Source: Phoronis australis
Taxonomy: Eukaryota; Animalia; Phoronida
Direction: 5' to 3'
NCBI GenBank assembly: GCA_002633005.1
Contig: NMRA01000911.1
Location: forward strand, 56,345 to 101,745
Length of the DNA: 45,401 nucleotides
Shown here: one piece after another, positions 1 through 12,929 of the stretch
Numbering within the stretch: the first letter of the stretch is position 1
Layout of the letters: each line of letters begins with the position of its first letter
The notes under the pieces: model-generated
What the model was told of the DNA's origin: nothing
Database searches by the model: none
Seen by the model: only the letters and a program-made list of their open reading frames with translations
Translations under genes and position numbers: made by a program

Positions 1-2550
1 AATAAAATGGCTGCCGAAGGCAGTGCACATTTGAAATAACTCGGCACAAATTAAAGAAAACTTCCGAATCGATGAATGCGGTATATCTGTGAGAGTTAAA
101 TCGAATCCTATTCAGATCATAACTTTGAAGTGGAATAATTCGGTGAGTACAACAGCAAGTCGGTTTTATGCTTAGGCGGACGAACATTGGGCTCCCCAGT
201 ATATAAAAAGAAACTACGAGACAGTACAGAAACAAATTTGAGGAAGAAACATTGAATATTTACTTTCTCCTGATAAATCTGGTTGTAAAACACATCAAAT
301 GAGTTATTAAATGTAAGAACAAAAATTTAAATGTCAAATTATTCCTCCGAAAGCAAACTGGGTTAAAACGGAGAGCGCCCAACAAAATACTTCAATAATA
401 TACAGTCTATAAATTATTACAATTATTTATTTATAACACTGGGTAAGATTGCGGATATTTAAAAAGAGATCAAAAGAATTACTGAAAGTAAAATCAAATT
501 TTTATCAAATAATTTATGCTAAGAAAGGCAATGACAATTTTGACATTAAACCAATATTTAAAGAACCTTCTTTTCCTGTCTTTTCCGACAGTGTGACCAA
601 TTTTTTGAACGGAGTAATTCTCTAGACGAGACGTCTTACGTTTTAAATAACATTTAATATGATAATAGGCCAAGTAATACAGTTCAACGAGTAATAATGT
701 CGTCAATGTCAAAATTTGAAAACAGCATTTTTTCCTTTTTGCCTTCCTTAAACGTTTTTGGGATGATTTGATACATTTTATTTTGCGACATTTCAATTCA
801 ATTTACGTCAAAACCAAAATATCCTTGACTTAGAGAACTGTGGTGTTATAGCACGCAAAACGAAACTTGTTAAACCAGTTCCTGGAAATCGGAGATCTCA
901 CTTTATTAAAAGTAGTGTATACGTTAACAGCTGGGCAAATAAACATGAAACATTTTTCACTAGAATATATCAAATAACCAGACGTATAAGTGAATTGTGC
1001 TGAAAACCAACAAAGCTCAGGTCTCCTTCTGCAAACAGATTTTTGAAAAGATTTTCATAACGTGCTTACGGTGTTCAAAACTGTAATTCAAAATTTTTTG
1101 TTTCTATGAGGCCTTCATCTACAAAGAGACTGTAGACAGGGTGATCCTCATTTTTATTCTATGTGCCGAAATCTTGTAAATAATGGAGGAACATAATAGA
1201 GAAATAAATTGTAAATTGAATGAAAACACAGATTACAAAAGCACTCAGTGTGCGGAATATACAACATTTATTTTCTGTTTGCACGTAGGCTCCTTGGAAG
1301 AGAAGTTGAAGGTATTGGATCTATATGCAAATATTACTGGATTTAGATAAGTAATCCTAAACGAAATGTAATTTGGGTTGGAAGTGAAAAGTTTTCAAAA
1401 AAGTCTGCATGTATAAAAATAGACGCTGGAGTTTAAGATGGGGACTTAGGAAGTTTAGACTGTTGTTGTTAAATCTTGGCAGTCGCAAATTTCTGAAACA
1501 GCTTGGCATCTCAAAAGACGAAATCATAAAACATGAAAACTTTTTCTTGACAGTCAAATTGAAGGTAAAGAGCAACCTTTGACGTGGATATTCATGCCAC
1601 AGTTAATGTTTCTTTACTAAACAATACAATGGTGTATACTCACGCGAATACAGCGTTGCCTCTATAATTTACATAACAGTGATGTGTTTTATAGGCTACC
1701 AATCTTTTTAGGAGAGGTATTTCCTATAAGAATAATATAATCTCGTTTAATGGCATTTTGGGGTGATTTCTTTACATATGATAATTTGTTAAAAAGAAAT
1801 ATAAATTATTTTTGCTATAATTTTCTTTGGTCAGTTCAGTAAAAATCATTCAAAAATGTCATCCGAAGTATTAATTAAAGTTATCGGATTAATTTTATCT
1901 TTTTAACTGTCCTATCATTCTGGCAGTAAACATATTTATAGTATATTAAACAGAAGTCAACGGAAATCTACTGCTCAAAGAAAGTTTAAAAATTTAGGAA
2001 ATATTATCGATTTATCCCTGTACATACTGTATATAGAAAAGTTCTTATGAAATGGCTGTTTCAAGCGTAAATAAGACAAACAATAAGTCGCACTATCAAT
2101 ATAAGTTGCTGCATAGGATCATTGTTGCGAATGCAAATGCTCGATTGTTTAAAATTAATTATGTTGATTCTGTGTCGTGTATCATTTGTAACAACGAGCG
2201 TGTGACAATCGAACACTTATTTGTACGTTGTTGTGTTACAAGTTCTCTTTGGCGCAAAATTGAGAGTCTGTTGTCAACAAAGATTGATTCCGGACTTCAC
2301 TTAGATAAAAATGCAATATTTTTGAGATCCCTTTTAAAAATTATACATCTTACTCAAGTGGTTTTCGTTGTATACGAAATATTACATTTTCACCACAAAA
2401 ATATAATAGAATGATTAAATTTTAAATGTATTTATTAATTACCTAAAAATAAATTGCATTAGTGAAAATGTTTTTCAAACCATAGCCATCCTAAATCAGG
2501 AGAGCGTCAAGAACTCTGGACACCATGGAAGTCTATTTTTTGCTCACTAA
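1..2550 (+). mobile_element. Decayed L1/Tx1-clade LINE ORF2 (tether, RT, C-terminal zf-RVT); many stops, frameshifts and deletions
   Basis: Ordered motifs by hand translation: NGERPTKYF (367-393), LTLLKVVY (about 898-925, ISLLNxxYK-like), RDCRQGDP then FILCAEIL (1125-1176), TQCAEYTT (1243-1266, decayed SQYADDTT), YQYKLLHRI...CIICNNERVTIEHLFVRC (ORF 2052-2414), WTPWKSIF near 2520. Left boundary approximate. Confidence 0.88.
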
Positions 2551-2899
2551 GGAAGTTTTCTTTCACTCGAGCGACCATCATAACTCCTCTTGAGGCATCT
2601 GTGCCTGATTCGAGGTGAATATTGTGGTTTATATACTTTCACTGATAAAAAATGATGATTTCTTATGTTGCGTTTGACGAATAAATGGTAAAATAATAGT
2701 TTTCATGATGGGACTTTCAATAACACTGACAATCACCATGGCTCATCATTTCAATTTTCGCAAGCATCTCATCTTCGTCTTGAATCCTTAAAATTATTGC
2801 ACCTCCTGGTTCTCGAATACTGAGAAGGTTCTTAGCCAGCTGCAGTGGCTTCGTGGTTAATTTGAGAAGAAAAAAACTCGTCAGAGTTAATTAAACTGT

Positions 2900-3441
2900 C
2901 CACGAATTCCATGCTATAAGTGTGCTTCAAGTGACAATTGTCTCCACTGCGTGATGTTATATAAGTTATTGTCCTTCCGTAAAATACAGAGAGAATCCAT
3001 TCCGGAGGAGGGTGAAAATGGAAATTGTCACGAGCAGTCCCTCTATCCCAATTTCAGAAAATTGTGTATACACGTAATTTTGTGAAACCCGAAAAGGGGG
3101 AACTGAATTGATTCAGAAAACTTGACCTCTTTTAGACTACTTGTACCTGCACCTCTTCAAAAGATTCCAATGATGTCGATTACAGCCAACATTTTTGCAA
3201 CTATAAAACTCTAGGGAAAGAAATGCTTTCGATGAACAACTGTATAAAACTTTGAAATTTTCTATACATTATCTTCATAACGTGAAACCGAGGCATACAT
3301 GTACATGTATATTTACGTTTTGAGAAGCCAGCTCTAAATTTCACCACTGCAGTCATACATTGACTCAAGTTTCAGAATAATTAAACGCTGGAAATATTCT
3401 TTATTCCATCCAGGATGTACATTCAAGACCTGTCAAAGCAA
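2900..3441. repeat. Non-coding block X, duplicated in direct orientation at about 7775-8286
   Basis: Collinear shared words: agtgtgcttcaagtgacaattgtc, acctcttcaaaaga, ttttgagaag, tacattca..acctgtcaaagcaa. Confidence 0.8.
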
Positions 3442-3459
3442 TGAAAATATTTATTCTGT

Positions 3460-6400
3460 TTCAGAGTAATCACATGCGGGATTCTTTAGAAACTGCAACC
3501 GTTACTGTGACGGGACGTTCGTAACGAAAATAAAATACACAAAACATTCAGACTTCACTTAGGTGAACTTGGGTAATCCTGCAAAAAGATTTTGGAAAAA
3601 AGTTGGGCAATATTTAAAAAACTGTCCTGATTTAAATTATTGTTTATTATGTTAGACATAGAGACACAGCAGAGCAGGTTATACTGTACTTATGTAGCAA
3701 AACGATAATAAGATAGCCAAACATTAAACAAGCACCAAAGTAGTTTAGAGAATAGTAATACTATATTGAGGCTGTTATAGGATACAGGCAAATTACACGC
3801 CATAAATCAAGTAAATAGAAAAGTACTAATGTGGTCACATTTACAAAATGCGAGCAAATTAGGTGTACAATGAGACACCTTTAGTCGGCACAGATAATAC
3901 GTCACGAAATGGAAATAGCATTTTGTCTGACTACTTTTGACATTCTGTATTTCAGATGTCTCTGAGTCTTGTATACATGAAATGCGCTACTGCGGCAATT
4001 CCATTTACTCAACAACCCTTTGTCACAGTTCAAATCGACGGTCTTCCTCAGTGATTTTTTTCATTCCAAAGGCATCAAACTGTGCGAGTTTCCCAGAACG
4101 ATTGAGTGCTGCTAAACGGGAAAATATTTAATCTGCTGAGGTGAGAGACATTCTTCTGGACATCACTATGACCAGGAGCAATACATTCATAGGTTACAAA
4201 TAATGCTTTGCTGGCTTTTTGTTTGTATAGTTAGGACCTTTCGGCAAATTCATTGATGCCAGTTAGAAGCTGGGTCCTAACAGGGTTGACTATTCCATCA
4301 GATTCAGCAGTGAGAAACTGATTCGACTTATGGATCTTTGGCAAAGGCGTGGGCAGCCAGAATGATGGTTGTTCCCCCTCGTTTCCACTTGTCTGTAAAT
4401 ATTACAATTATATGCAATTTAATCCGTAAGCACAAGAATTATATTTTCCATGAATAGCCTTTCCCCAAAGAATAGATTTTCACCATTCACAATAGCTTGG
4501 AAAGATGGCCACTGACATATGCATACAACCCTCATTGTGTGCAAGCAGCACTCAAAACAAAAGGTGTCGTCAATTAATGAAAATGTAAATTCACTACTAA
4601 ACCTGGAAAACCATCAATTTTAATATATAGCATTGCCACAGCTTCGAAATGCCATAAAGATAAGACAAGATCCAACACTTTTCATGCCACGATGCTGATT
4701 GAGAAAATTTTATGTTTAAGCACATTATTTTCAGGCTAAAAGGAATGCAATTGCATCTTAAATATTTTTAGCTAAATGCACCTTTCAAAATTTGCCTCAG
4801 TGGTCACTAAAACTTTCCGGAGCAACTATAAAAATCCTGTTATGATCTATTTGGAGTACCTAAGCTTTCATTACAAGCAGTCTTCCCTCTCAGAGGAATT
4901 TTCAAATGTTGACAGTTGTGGTGAAATAACTGGCACAGAACTAAACAGACTGTGCACTTATGAACATAGTTCCTCACAATAAACATAGTTCAAGGTCTGT
5001 TAACGCCATCCATTGACTCACAAGCTCTGGCCCAAACTCGCAAAACATAACTTATGCACCCAAAAATCACAGTGCGTGGAGCACAATCCACTTTGTCTGT
5101 AAATACAGCATATACAAAGAGTTTTGTCTGCAAATACAAGGGCAGTGTTACAGTTCATCAGTAATGTTGTAATGCAGATGAGTTAGTGACCAGTTTTTGA
5201 GTCAATGTGCAGTTTACAAGCCCACCAATTTGCAAATCTTGTAGTTACATGTACATACTCTTGTAACTATGGATAACGTGCACAGTAAAACCCAAAACTC
5301 GCTGAAAGCACGGTATTTTTATTTGTCTACGAAGTTTATAAGCAACCACAATACAACTAAAATAAAAATCTACTACAACTACTGTTTTGCTATCATTAAA
5401 TGTTGATGCACTTATTCTGGGAACAAAGAATCTCAGAACTTAAAGGTTTTGTGCAGCAACACTCCAATTCATTAACTAACTACTTACTAGTACTCTTTCT
5501 GTAGTAAGCTTAACAACAGTGGCTAACTTCTTTGGTAAACGCTAACAATTTCTGCATAGATCTGCAATAGAATTTTATGGAAAGTAGGCATAACAGAACT
5601 CCCAATAGAATGCTGTATTTTGAATCCCCAAATGTTTTCCCCATGCTTATTCTTAAGATTGAATGATTCAGGTATTAAGGACCTTAACGGTGTTAAAACT
5701 TTAGCCATGTTAATTAAATTAGGCCCCATTGTAATGGGGTTCTACTGCATATTAATTATGTATCTCTGGTTATACAGATAGAGCAATGTGACCAATCAGA
5801 AGTGACTACAGGTGAATTAGATGAGAAATTGGTGTCAGCTAGGAGACAAGGACTCGATTAAATCTTTTGATAATGGACACCAAATTTCCACTTCTTACAA
5901 ATGCGTATTCATAAACTGTAATGTATTTCGACAAACCCTAAATATTGAGATAAAGTGAATATTAGAAGTCAGTACTGGAAGAAGTTACTAAATTTACTCT
6001 CGTACTCGAGTTTCGCTTTACTTCATGTAAGGTTGTGCCCTTTACGGCGACTGCAGTCAGTACCTAGTTGAGAAAGCAAATACAATAAAGTAGTTATCAA
6101 CAGGTGTAGAGTATTGATGACCCGCAGCTGCATAACAACTTACCTGACCCAACTGGAATCGATACATTCTGCTCTTTCAGAATTTCTTTGTTGACTGTAT
6201 TTCCACTTATATTCCAAACTCAAGCTTGACCTTGGGCTTAGAGCCTTTCTGATGTTGATGGTGGGCATATATTACTTTTACTTGGTCTCCATCTGATTCC
6301 ATGCTGAGATCGACGATTCCCACAAACTGTTGTAAACAAGCCCACTCTGACCCTTGCAAAAATCAGCTGCCGCTTTCAGTTTCAGCACTGTCAGTGAACG

Positions 6401-6870
6401 GGACTGGGTCGGTGACTTTAACATATTTCAAATGGCTTGCTATGGACTTGCTGCAATCAGTTAGTGCTTCGATTGCTTGCTGCATGGTTTCGATATTCCT
6501 TTGAAGCTCCATAAAACAGATTTGAAGCATTATGCCAACGAACACACTATATTAACTACTTCATCCTCCTCATCAGCTTTTTTTTCTTCAGTGATATCAG
6601 AGACACCTGAAGGGCTTTTCATGAAAATGGTACTTTACAGTAAAAAAAAAACAAAACAAAAAATACTAATTTTATTAAATTTTATTTGCTAAGAAATAAG
6701 TCCAATAATTTAACAGCCATTTGAGCACTTTTAAATCTCAAAACTCATCATTTTCGATGACTAGTAGCTATTGTCACAAGTGCTCACTTTGGCTGAGGTG
6801 GCTGCGAACAATTGCTCATTACTATATGAAGACATGTGTTTGCCGGTGGTTTTGATGCCAAATATCTATT
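3460..6870 (-). pseudogene. Copy 1 of a duplicated spliced gene of unknown function (exon A about 6622-6144, last exon 4392 to about 3870, probable middle exon near 5300)
   Basis: Collinear with 24600-27535. Donor TCAG|GTAAGT after 6144 and acceptor TTTACAG| before 4392 are conserved in both copies. Composite reading of exon A: LTDCSKSIASHLKYVK..QLIFARVRVGLFTTVCGNRRSQHGIRWRPSKSNIC..H..SGNTVNKEILKEQNVSIPVGS. Last exon: WKRGEQPSFWLPTPLPKIHKSNQFL...RTQLLTGINEFAERS*LYKQKASKALFVTYECIAPGH. Contains stops and frameshifts. Confidence 0.75.
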
Positions 6871-7460
6871 CTACTAAATATTTATAGAAAGTTTTATTTT
6901 AAGAAAATCGGTGGCAATTTTGACATTGAACAAATATTGAAAGAACAATATTTTCCTTTCTTGTCGGACACTGAGGTCAATGGTTTCAAGGGAAAAATCT
7001 CTAGACGGGAAGTCTTACGTTTTAAAAGCGTTTAACATTATGGAAGGCCAGGTAATACAGTTCAATGAGTAATAATGTCGTCTGAAAACAGACATTTTTT
7101 GCTTCCTGGTTACCTGAAACGTTTTTGGGGATGGCTTCATATATTCTATTCTGCAACATTTCAATTAAGTTTAGACCAAAATGTCTTTGACTCACATAAC
7201 TCTGGTGTTATAATAAACAAAGCGAAACTTGTTAGACCATGTCAGTTTTTGGTTAATTGGGGGATCTTACTTTGTTAAAAATAGCGTATACGTCAGCAGA
7301 TGGGCGAATAAACTTGAAATATTTTACAACCAAAATGGGCTTGTTAAAGGCAAATACATTTGTGAATGTATAAGACTTATATTTATATAATGTTATGAAT
7401 GTTATTGAAAACCAACAAAGCTCAGGCCTCCTCCCACTGAATTAGAGTCTTGCGAAGAGC
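6870..7460 (+). mobile_element. Second copy of the L1/Tx1 RT remnant (paralogue of about 495-1060)
   Basis: Collinear with 495-1060, e.g. ctctagacg..gtcttacgttttaaa and gaaaaccaacaaagctcagg. Reads FLSDTEVNGFKGKISRREVLRFKSV and YLKRFWGW..SHNSGVII, matching the start of the L1 RT. Confidence 0.8.
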
Positions 7461-7774
7461 TGGTAAAATATAACGGTCTAACTCATCTAAATGTCGCATG
7501 AACATCGAACGACAATTACATGACATTTTAACTTGGGAAACTTTTTCTCCAAGAGATGTGTCATTCAGTTTTATATTTCGTCATTCCCCCACAAAGCTGT
7601 CACTAATTATTTTCTACTCAGTATCCCTTAGCACTTACTCATTTCAAGTATTTCAGGAGGCTTCAAGGCAGCTTAACACAATAGTCATAGCTTTGCGATT
7701 GTTTTGAGATCTTCGCCAAAATATGTAAAACGTACATGAATCCCAAGTTATCTGGAAAAACAAGACTTGAAGTA

Positions 7775-8286
7775 CCAATTGAGTGTGCTTCAAGTGACAA
7801 TTGTCGCCACCCACTGCTCTTACACAAGTTGCCTGAAATTATCCTGTACCATACGGAGACGACTTCAAGCCGAAGGACAGTCGCTCAATCCTCGTATTCG
7901 AGAGAGAGAGAGGGAGAGAAAGACCCTATACTTGTAATTTTATAAAACCAGAGAAGTGTTTCACGTGATTCAAAAAACAATTTTGTGTTCCTGGTACCTC
8001 TTCAAAAGACTCTCGTGGTGTCTGTGAGTACCCTTGAAGTCAATATTTTTTACTATGTAACTCAAGAGAAAAGGAAATTTTCGGTGAACAATCTCCACTC
8101 AATTCTAAAACATTGTAAACATATTATTGACCATCTCCAGTTGCCATCCGCGGCATAGTTTTTGAGAAGTCAAATGTCATTTTTTTCAAGGCAATCATAC
8201 CTTAACCACATTAGTTTCACAATAAACTCGCGTGGGAACTTTTCTCAGTCTATGCAACCTTTACATTCATCACCTGTCAAAGCAAA
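7775..8286. repeat. Second copy of non-coding block X
   Basis: Same ordered words as 2900-3441. Confidence 0.8.
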
Positions 8287-9651
8287 GTAGTCGCCTAAAA
8301 CTAAAAAACTGCATGCACAATGTATAATGCTCTCGACTGTTGAATATCAGTTGATCTTGTTTGGATAGGATTTTTCCATAAAAAACTTAATTGTTTACAT
8401 GTATTCAGCGCACTCCTTTGGTGTTACCTTACACACACTAGAACCAAAATTTTTGAGACACAATGGCACCATTGGCAAATATGTGGTTTGTTTCTGAAAG
8501 CAATCTAGCCCAAAACATATTCAGTGTGATAATGAATGAATGCTGTTTTATAGAATACTTTACTATGAAAGCTTAACATCGTTTTATTCTGTACAATTCA
8601 TATACAACCAGCTGCCAAGCCTAGCGTAACGTGAATTCGAGAGCTCATTCCTCAACAAAGACTAGCATCAAAGGCAATATCCGCTTGATTTAAGTTGCTG
8701 GATCTATCTGAATTTGGTGAATAAGACGTTTCAAATACATGTTCAAGTGATTTGGTTGTAAATAATACATAGAACCTAATCAAGACCCTCTATCCAGATA
8801 CAAAATTCCCAAAGTCACTTGCCTTGCAGTCTCTTACAATGTAAATGTAACCGTAAAAACCTATCGTTTACATAATTCATGGCGTCAACATGGATACATA
8901 CAGCCGATTTCATAAAGGTGGTATAATAAAACCAGGTTTAGGATTTAAAACTGGTCTTTCTAAACCTAATATAATTTTAGACCTAACTTCCATTTATTTC
9001 ACCAACGTGTTTCAAAGTCTGAAAGCCTAGTTTTGTTAGACCAGGGGGCGGGTTGAGTAAAACCAGGTGTATAGTATCCAATCCTCCCCCTGTGTCGATG
9101 TGGATTAACACTATTGAATGAAATCTTCATCATGAAGCACACAGCAGTAGAATCATTGGCGAAAAAGGTGTAAAAGCTTTCTCACGAGGAAAAATATACC
9201 GAATCAGAACTGATCAGAGAAAATGCCAATGTTATACAGAAAAAGTCAACGTATGCAGCAGACTTGCAGAGACAATAGTCCAGAGTAGCTGCACAGTTCC
9301 AGAATCGGAGAAATTGACAACTAGTTTAACGGGTGTCATTAAAATGAAGACCAGAAATGAAATTTCATCATTGAAAAAATTGCAAAGAAAAACGGCGAGG
9401 GACCCTGTGGCAGATCTAGGATATCCTGAGGGGACATTTTTCGGTTTGATTAATGTCTCTGCCTTACACACAGTAAAGTACATGCCCAGGATTTACCGCA
9501 ACACAATAAATGGCGATTTAGTCTCAAGTCATTTTACTGCGGGTGAAGGGTGGGGGGCAGGACCCCTGCCCGGCAACTTTAAATCAGGGACCAATATAGG
9601 TGGAACTCAGTCAGAAGAATCAGAAGATGCCGTCTTCAGTCAAGCCCGTGG

Positions 9652-10451
9652 GCAGAATGGTGAATGTTGGCCAAATCCCCTTTTGTCCACTGACGTCAAA
9701 CGCATTATGGCGCCCCCAGTGGAGGTCATGAGAACTCGTAAACCGAGTTAACCACTGATTTAGCCGATCAGTGCGGACCAAGTAGCATCAGACGAGTCAC
9801 AGATTTGGATAATTCTATCTATCGTAACTTTCGTCAATCCTCAAAATCTAAAAATGAAGAATGTTTTTGTGGTATGTTACATAGTGAATTCTGAGGTTGC
9901 GGCATGATAAATAATTTTACTCAGTTGAGTGTCTGAACTGAGTCCTGCGCCCGCGGGGTACTGGGGCCTACTGCGAATGGCCACGATACTTAGCATGCAG
10001 AGGTTGTATAAAACTTACGTTTGAACTTCTCATGATTTACGGCAGTGATAAGACGTCTGCTGCCTGTGAGTTGAATGCGGCCGAGAATTCGGTTATTTTG
10101 TTTTTCATATTAAAATATTTAAAGTTATGTCGACCAAAATGGTATATTTTGTTCATCCTAAGTCGAATTGCATTTGCCAAAGGTTTGCCTAAAACTCCGT
10201 AAATAATTCCATTCAAAAACAGCACTGTCCGTGGCCTGGCATACAAGCAAATTTATCGGTATAGAGTATCTTTGTTTGATACAAATGATGTCAGTCATCA
10301 CCCTGAGTCGAGTTACCAGTTGTGTAAACAAACTGCAGATTCCACAAGGGCAGGCTACCAGTGCAAAGTCTCCTAATCTCCATTGGGGGGCGCCAGCATG
10401 CTTGTGACGTCAGTGGACAAGAGGGGATTTGGCCAACATTCACCATTCTGC
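9652..10451. repeat. Inverted repeat pair of about 73 bp (9652-9724 and 10378-10451) bounding a probable non-autonomous DNA transposon
   Basis: gcagaatggtgaatgttggccaaatcccc.ttgtccactgacgtca..gcat..tggcgccccc..tggag at left and its reverse complement at right. Confidence 0.8.
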
Positions 10452-10526
10452 TGCCCGTAGCGTTTAAGACGATGACGTCATGCTCGAAGAATCGGAAGGA
10501 CACCCTGCAACACGCACTGGTCTATG

Positions 10527-10682
10527 CATAGACGGATCCAAGGGTGTCAAAGGGGTCCGGACCCCTTTTATCCCTTGATTGTCGTGATACCAAACTTAGA
10601 ATTTTCAAGTTCTTGATTTGCATTCCCCTTTTAAAAAACCTTTGACCCGACCCCCCTTTTAAATATCCTGGATCTGTCCCTG
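10527..10682. mobile_element. hAT-type MITE (CA..GGCGGATCC-type termini)
   Basis: catagacggatcca ... ctggatctgtccctg termini with G/C-rich subterminal runs. No 8-bp TSD visible. Confidence 0.6.
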
Positions 10683-12929
10683 TTACGTTTGATCTTGTAT
10701 CGTCATCAACCCAAATATTGAAAATACTCCATTTTCGCTCTAAAAATGCGACGTAAATACAAACTGTGGCAGCATTCATTTCCACCTACTGTGTAGGCCT
10801 GTCATATTTAACAGCATTAAACTTGGTTAAGTTTTTAATACAGGTCCAAGAAATATAGATCTCGTTGGTGAAATAAATACTGACTTACACCAGGTCTGAA
10901 CTGGGGTTAACCCAGAATTTAGTAGACCACTGGTCTGAAAGTTGAACCAACTTCATGAAATGTAGATTATCTTTAAACCTGATGTAAGTCCAATTTAAAT
11001 CAGGTTTAACCTTAAACCACCACTGTATCCGGATTAGGGCATACGAGACAGACATGTAAATGGAACAACCATTGCAGAAAAAGTATTCAAAGTTGCTATT
11101 ACCCATATACTCCCAAAATAATGGAACGGTTCTCTTCCTATTTATATTTGTATGCTGTTGGAATTTGCAAACACCAGAAGGCTTCGTAAGAATTGACGAA
11201 GCCTATCTCATGACTAAGTGCTAAGGGATAATCCGATTAACTGGAAGATGATGTTGCGGCCAAGAACACAGTGGAGGGAGATGGCTGTCCGCCAGAGCTG
11301 CGCAAAAGCGTATTCACCAACCCAGTCAACGGTAATATAGATCAGAACCCAACCGACGTATATCACATGTTTTCTGGAAAAAACGTGCCTTTTATTCCGA
11401 CACCCTCCTCAAGAGCGTGGAGGATATAGGCGTGAACAATTGTACTTGAATTTTCGACCTGCACACTTGTCAGATAAGGGTCTAATTTTTCACATTGTCA
11501 GAAACGTCAAGTGACTCTGTGGTATGTCTAACATGAGAACACTTTCAACTCGAAAGACGTACTTCGATCAGCGAATTTGACAATGTGTTCAAGTTGTCCT
11601 GCTGTATGTGTAAAGCTCACGTTACCAATGGTAACATACATGTATGTACTGTGGTCTTCTAATCCTGCTGAAGCCACATGTTAAGTACAGAATCCGCAAT
11701 ATTGAATTCAATATTGGCATATAGCGTTAAGAAATGTTCATACCTTTTTCCAAAAATCCTTTTGGGAGTTGAAATGAGTCTGAAATTTCTAATAGTGATA
11801 AAGCTTCTTGAAATTTTAATAACTTTTTTGAAATGTCATTAAATTTATTTTCAATGTAAAAAGTCAATAACATTTCGTGAGGATGACTTGAATTGCCCAT
11901 ATAATTTGCTTTTGGACCGAAGAGAGTTTACAATAAGTTGAGAGATCAGCAGGTTAATTTTAAAGTTTTACTTAGTCAATTGAATTGTTCTGATTGAACT
12001 AACTAGTCTAAGCAAGCACGGACTGAGTCCTTGAGTAAATTGCAGCTAACATTGGGGTCACCATTCAAGCTGGTATGCAGGTGACTACACTGTACGACAG
12101 CAATTGATCATACATCTTTTTGAAACTATCATCATTTGTGACATGTCATTTTTCTTCTTTATTCTTCTCTGAAATCAAGAAAAATGGAAAATAGTAAGAC
12201 ATGTTACAAATACAAATCCGTGAAACTGGATCAAAATTAGGTCGTGCACTAATGGTATCACAAACTGAAGCAAAACGCTGTGAAAAACGTACAAGTAACT
12301 GTTGGATAGATACCCCTTGGAGACACAAAGTTGTAGAATTCAACGTACAAAGACTTATTGTCACTTTTAAAAACTTGATATAAAATGGACTGCAAACATG
12401 ACATGTGACTTGATTAAATCGTCAAGAAATGTCTGTAAATTTAAATTATTTTTTTTTAAGGTTTATGAATATTACAGGCAATATCACTTTTCTTATTGAC
12501 CCCGAACTAAACTTCCAAAAAGCGACTCAGAACAGGAAAATCACTTTTAATTTTACGTCTTCTGGATATAAGTAATGAACAACGAGGCCACAACATGTTC
12601 TACATAGAGAAACACCAAAAGTTGTTAATTTGAAATACCTAAATTCAGCAATATCATAGTTAAGCTAGGATTCCATGGAACAAATGAAACTTAAGTGAAT
12701 ATTCAAGTGAGACAGTTGACGAAGAAACATCAACAGGCTATCTTAGTTTAAATAGAAATATCTAAATGAATTACTGTCATAATAAGTAGATGAGTTGAGT
12801 AAAGCACATCCAATATCAGTGGTATCAATATCATCATTTCTATCAACAAGCAAATAAACAAAACAATTTTAAATGTTAAAATATTTAGACCTCAAAAATT
12901 ATTCAATATATCTATGAAATAAAGTGCAA

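Noticed and set aside
494-796. 100-aa basic ORF on the minus strand
   Set aside because: Antisense to the L1 RT remnant, whose motifs read on the plus strand.
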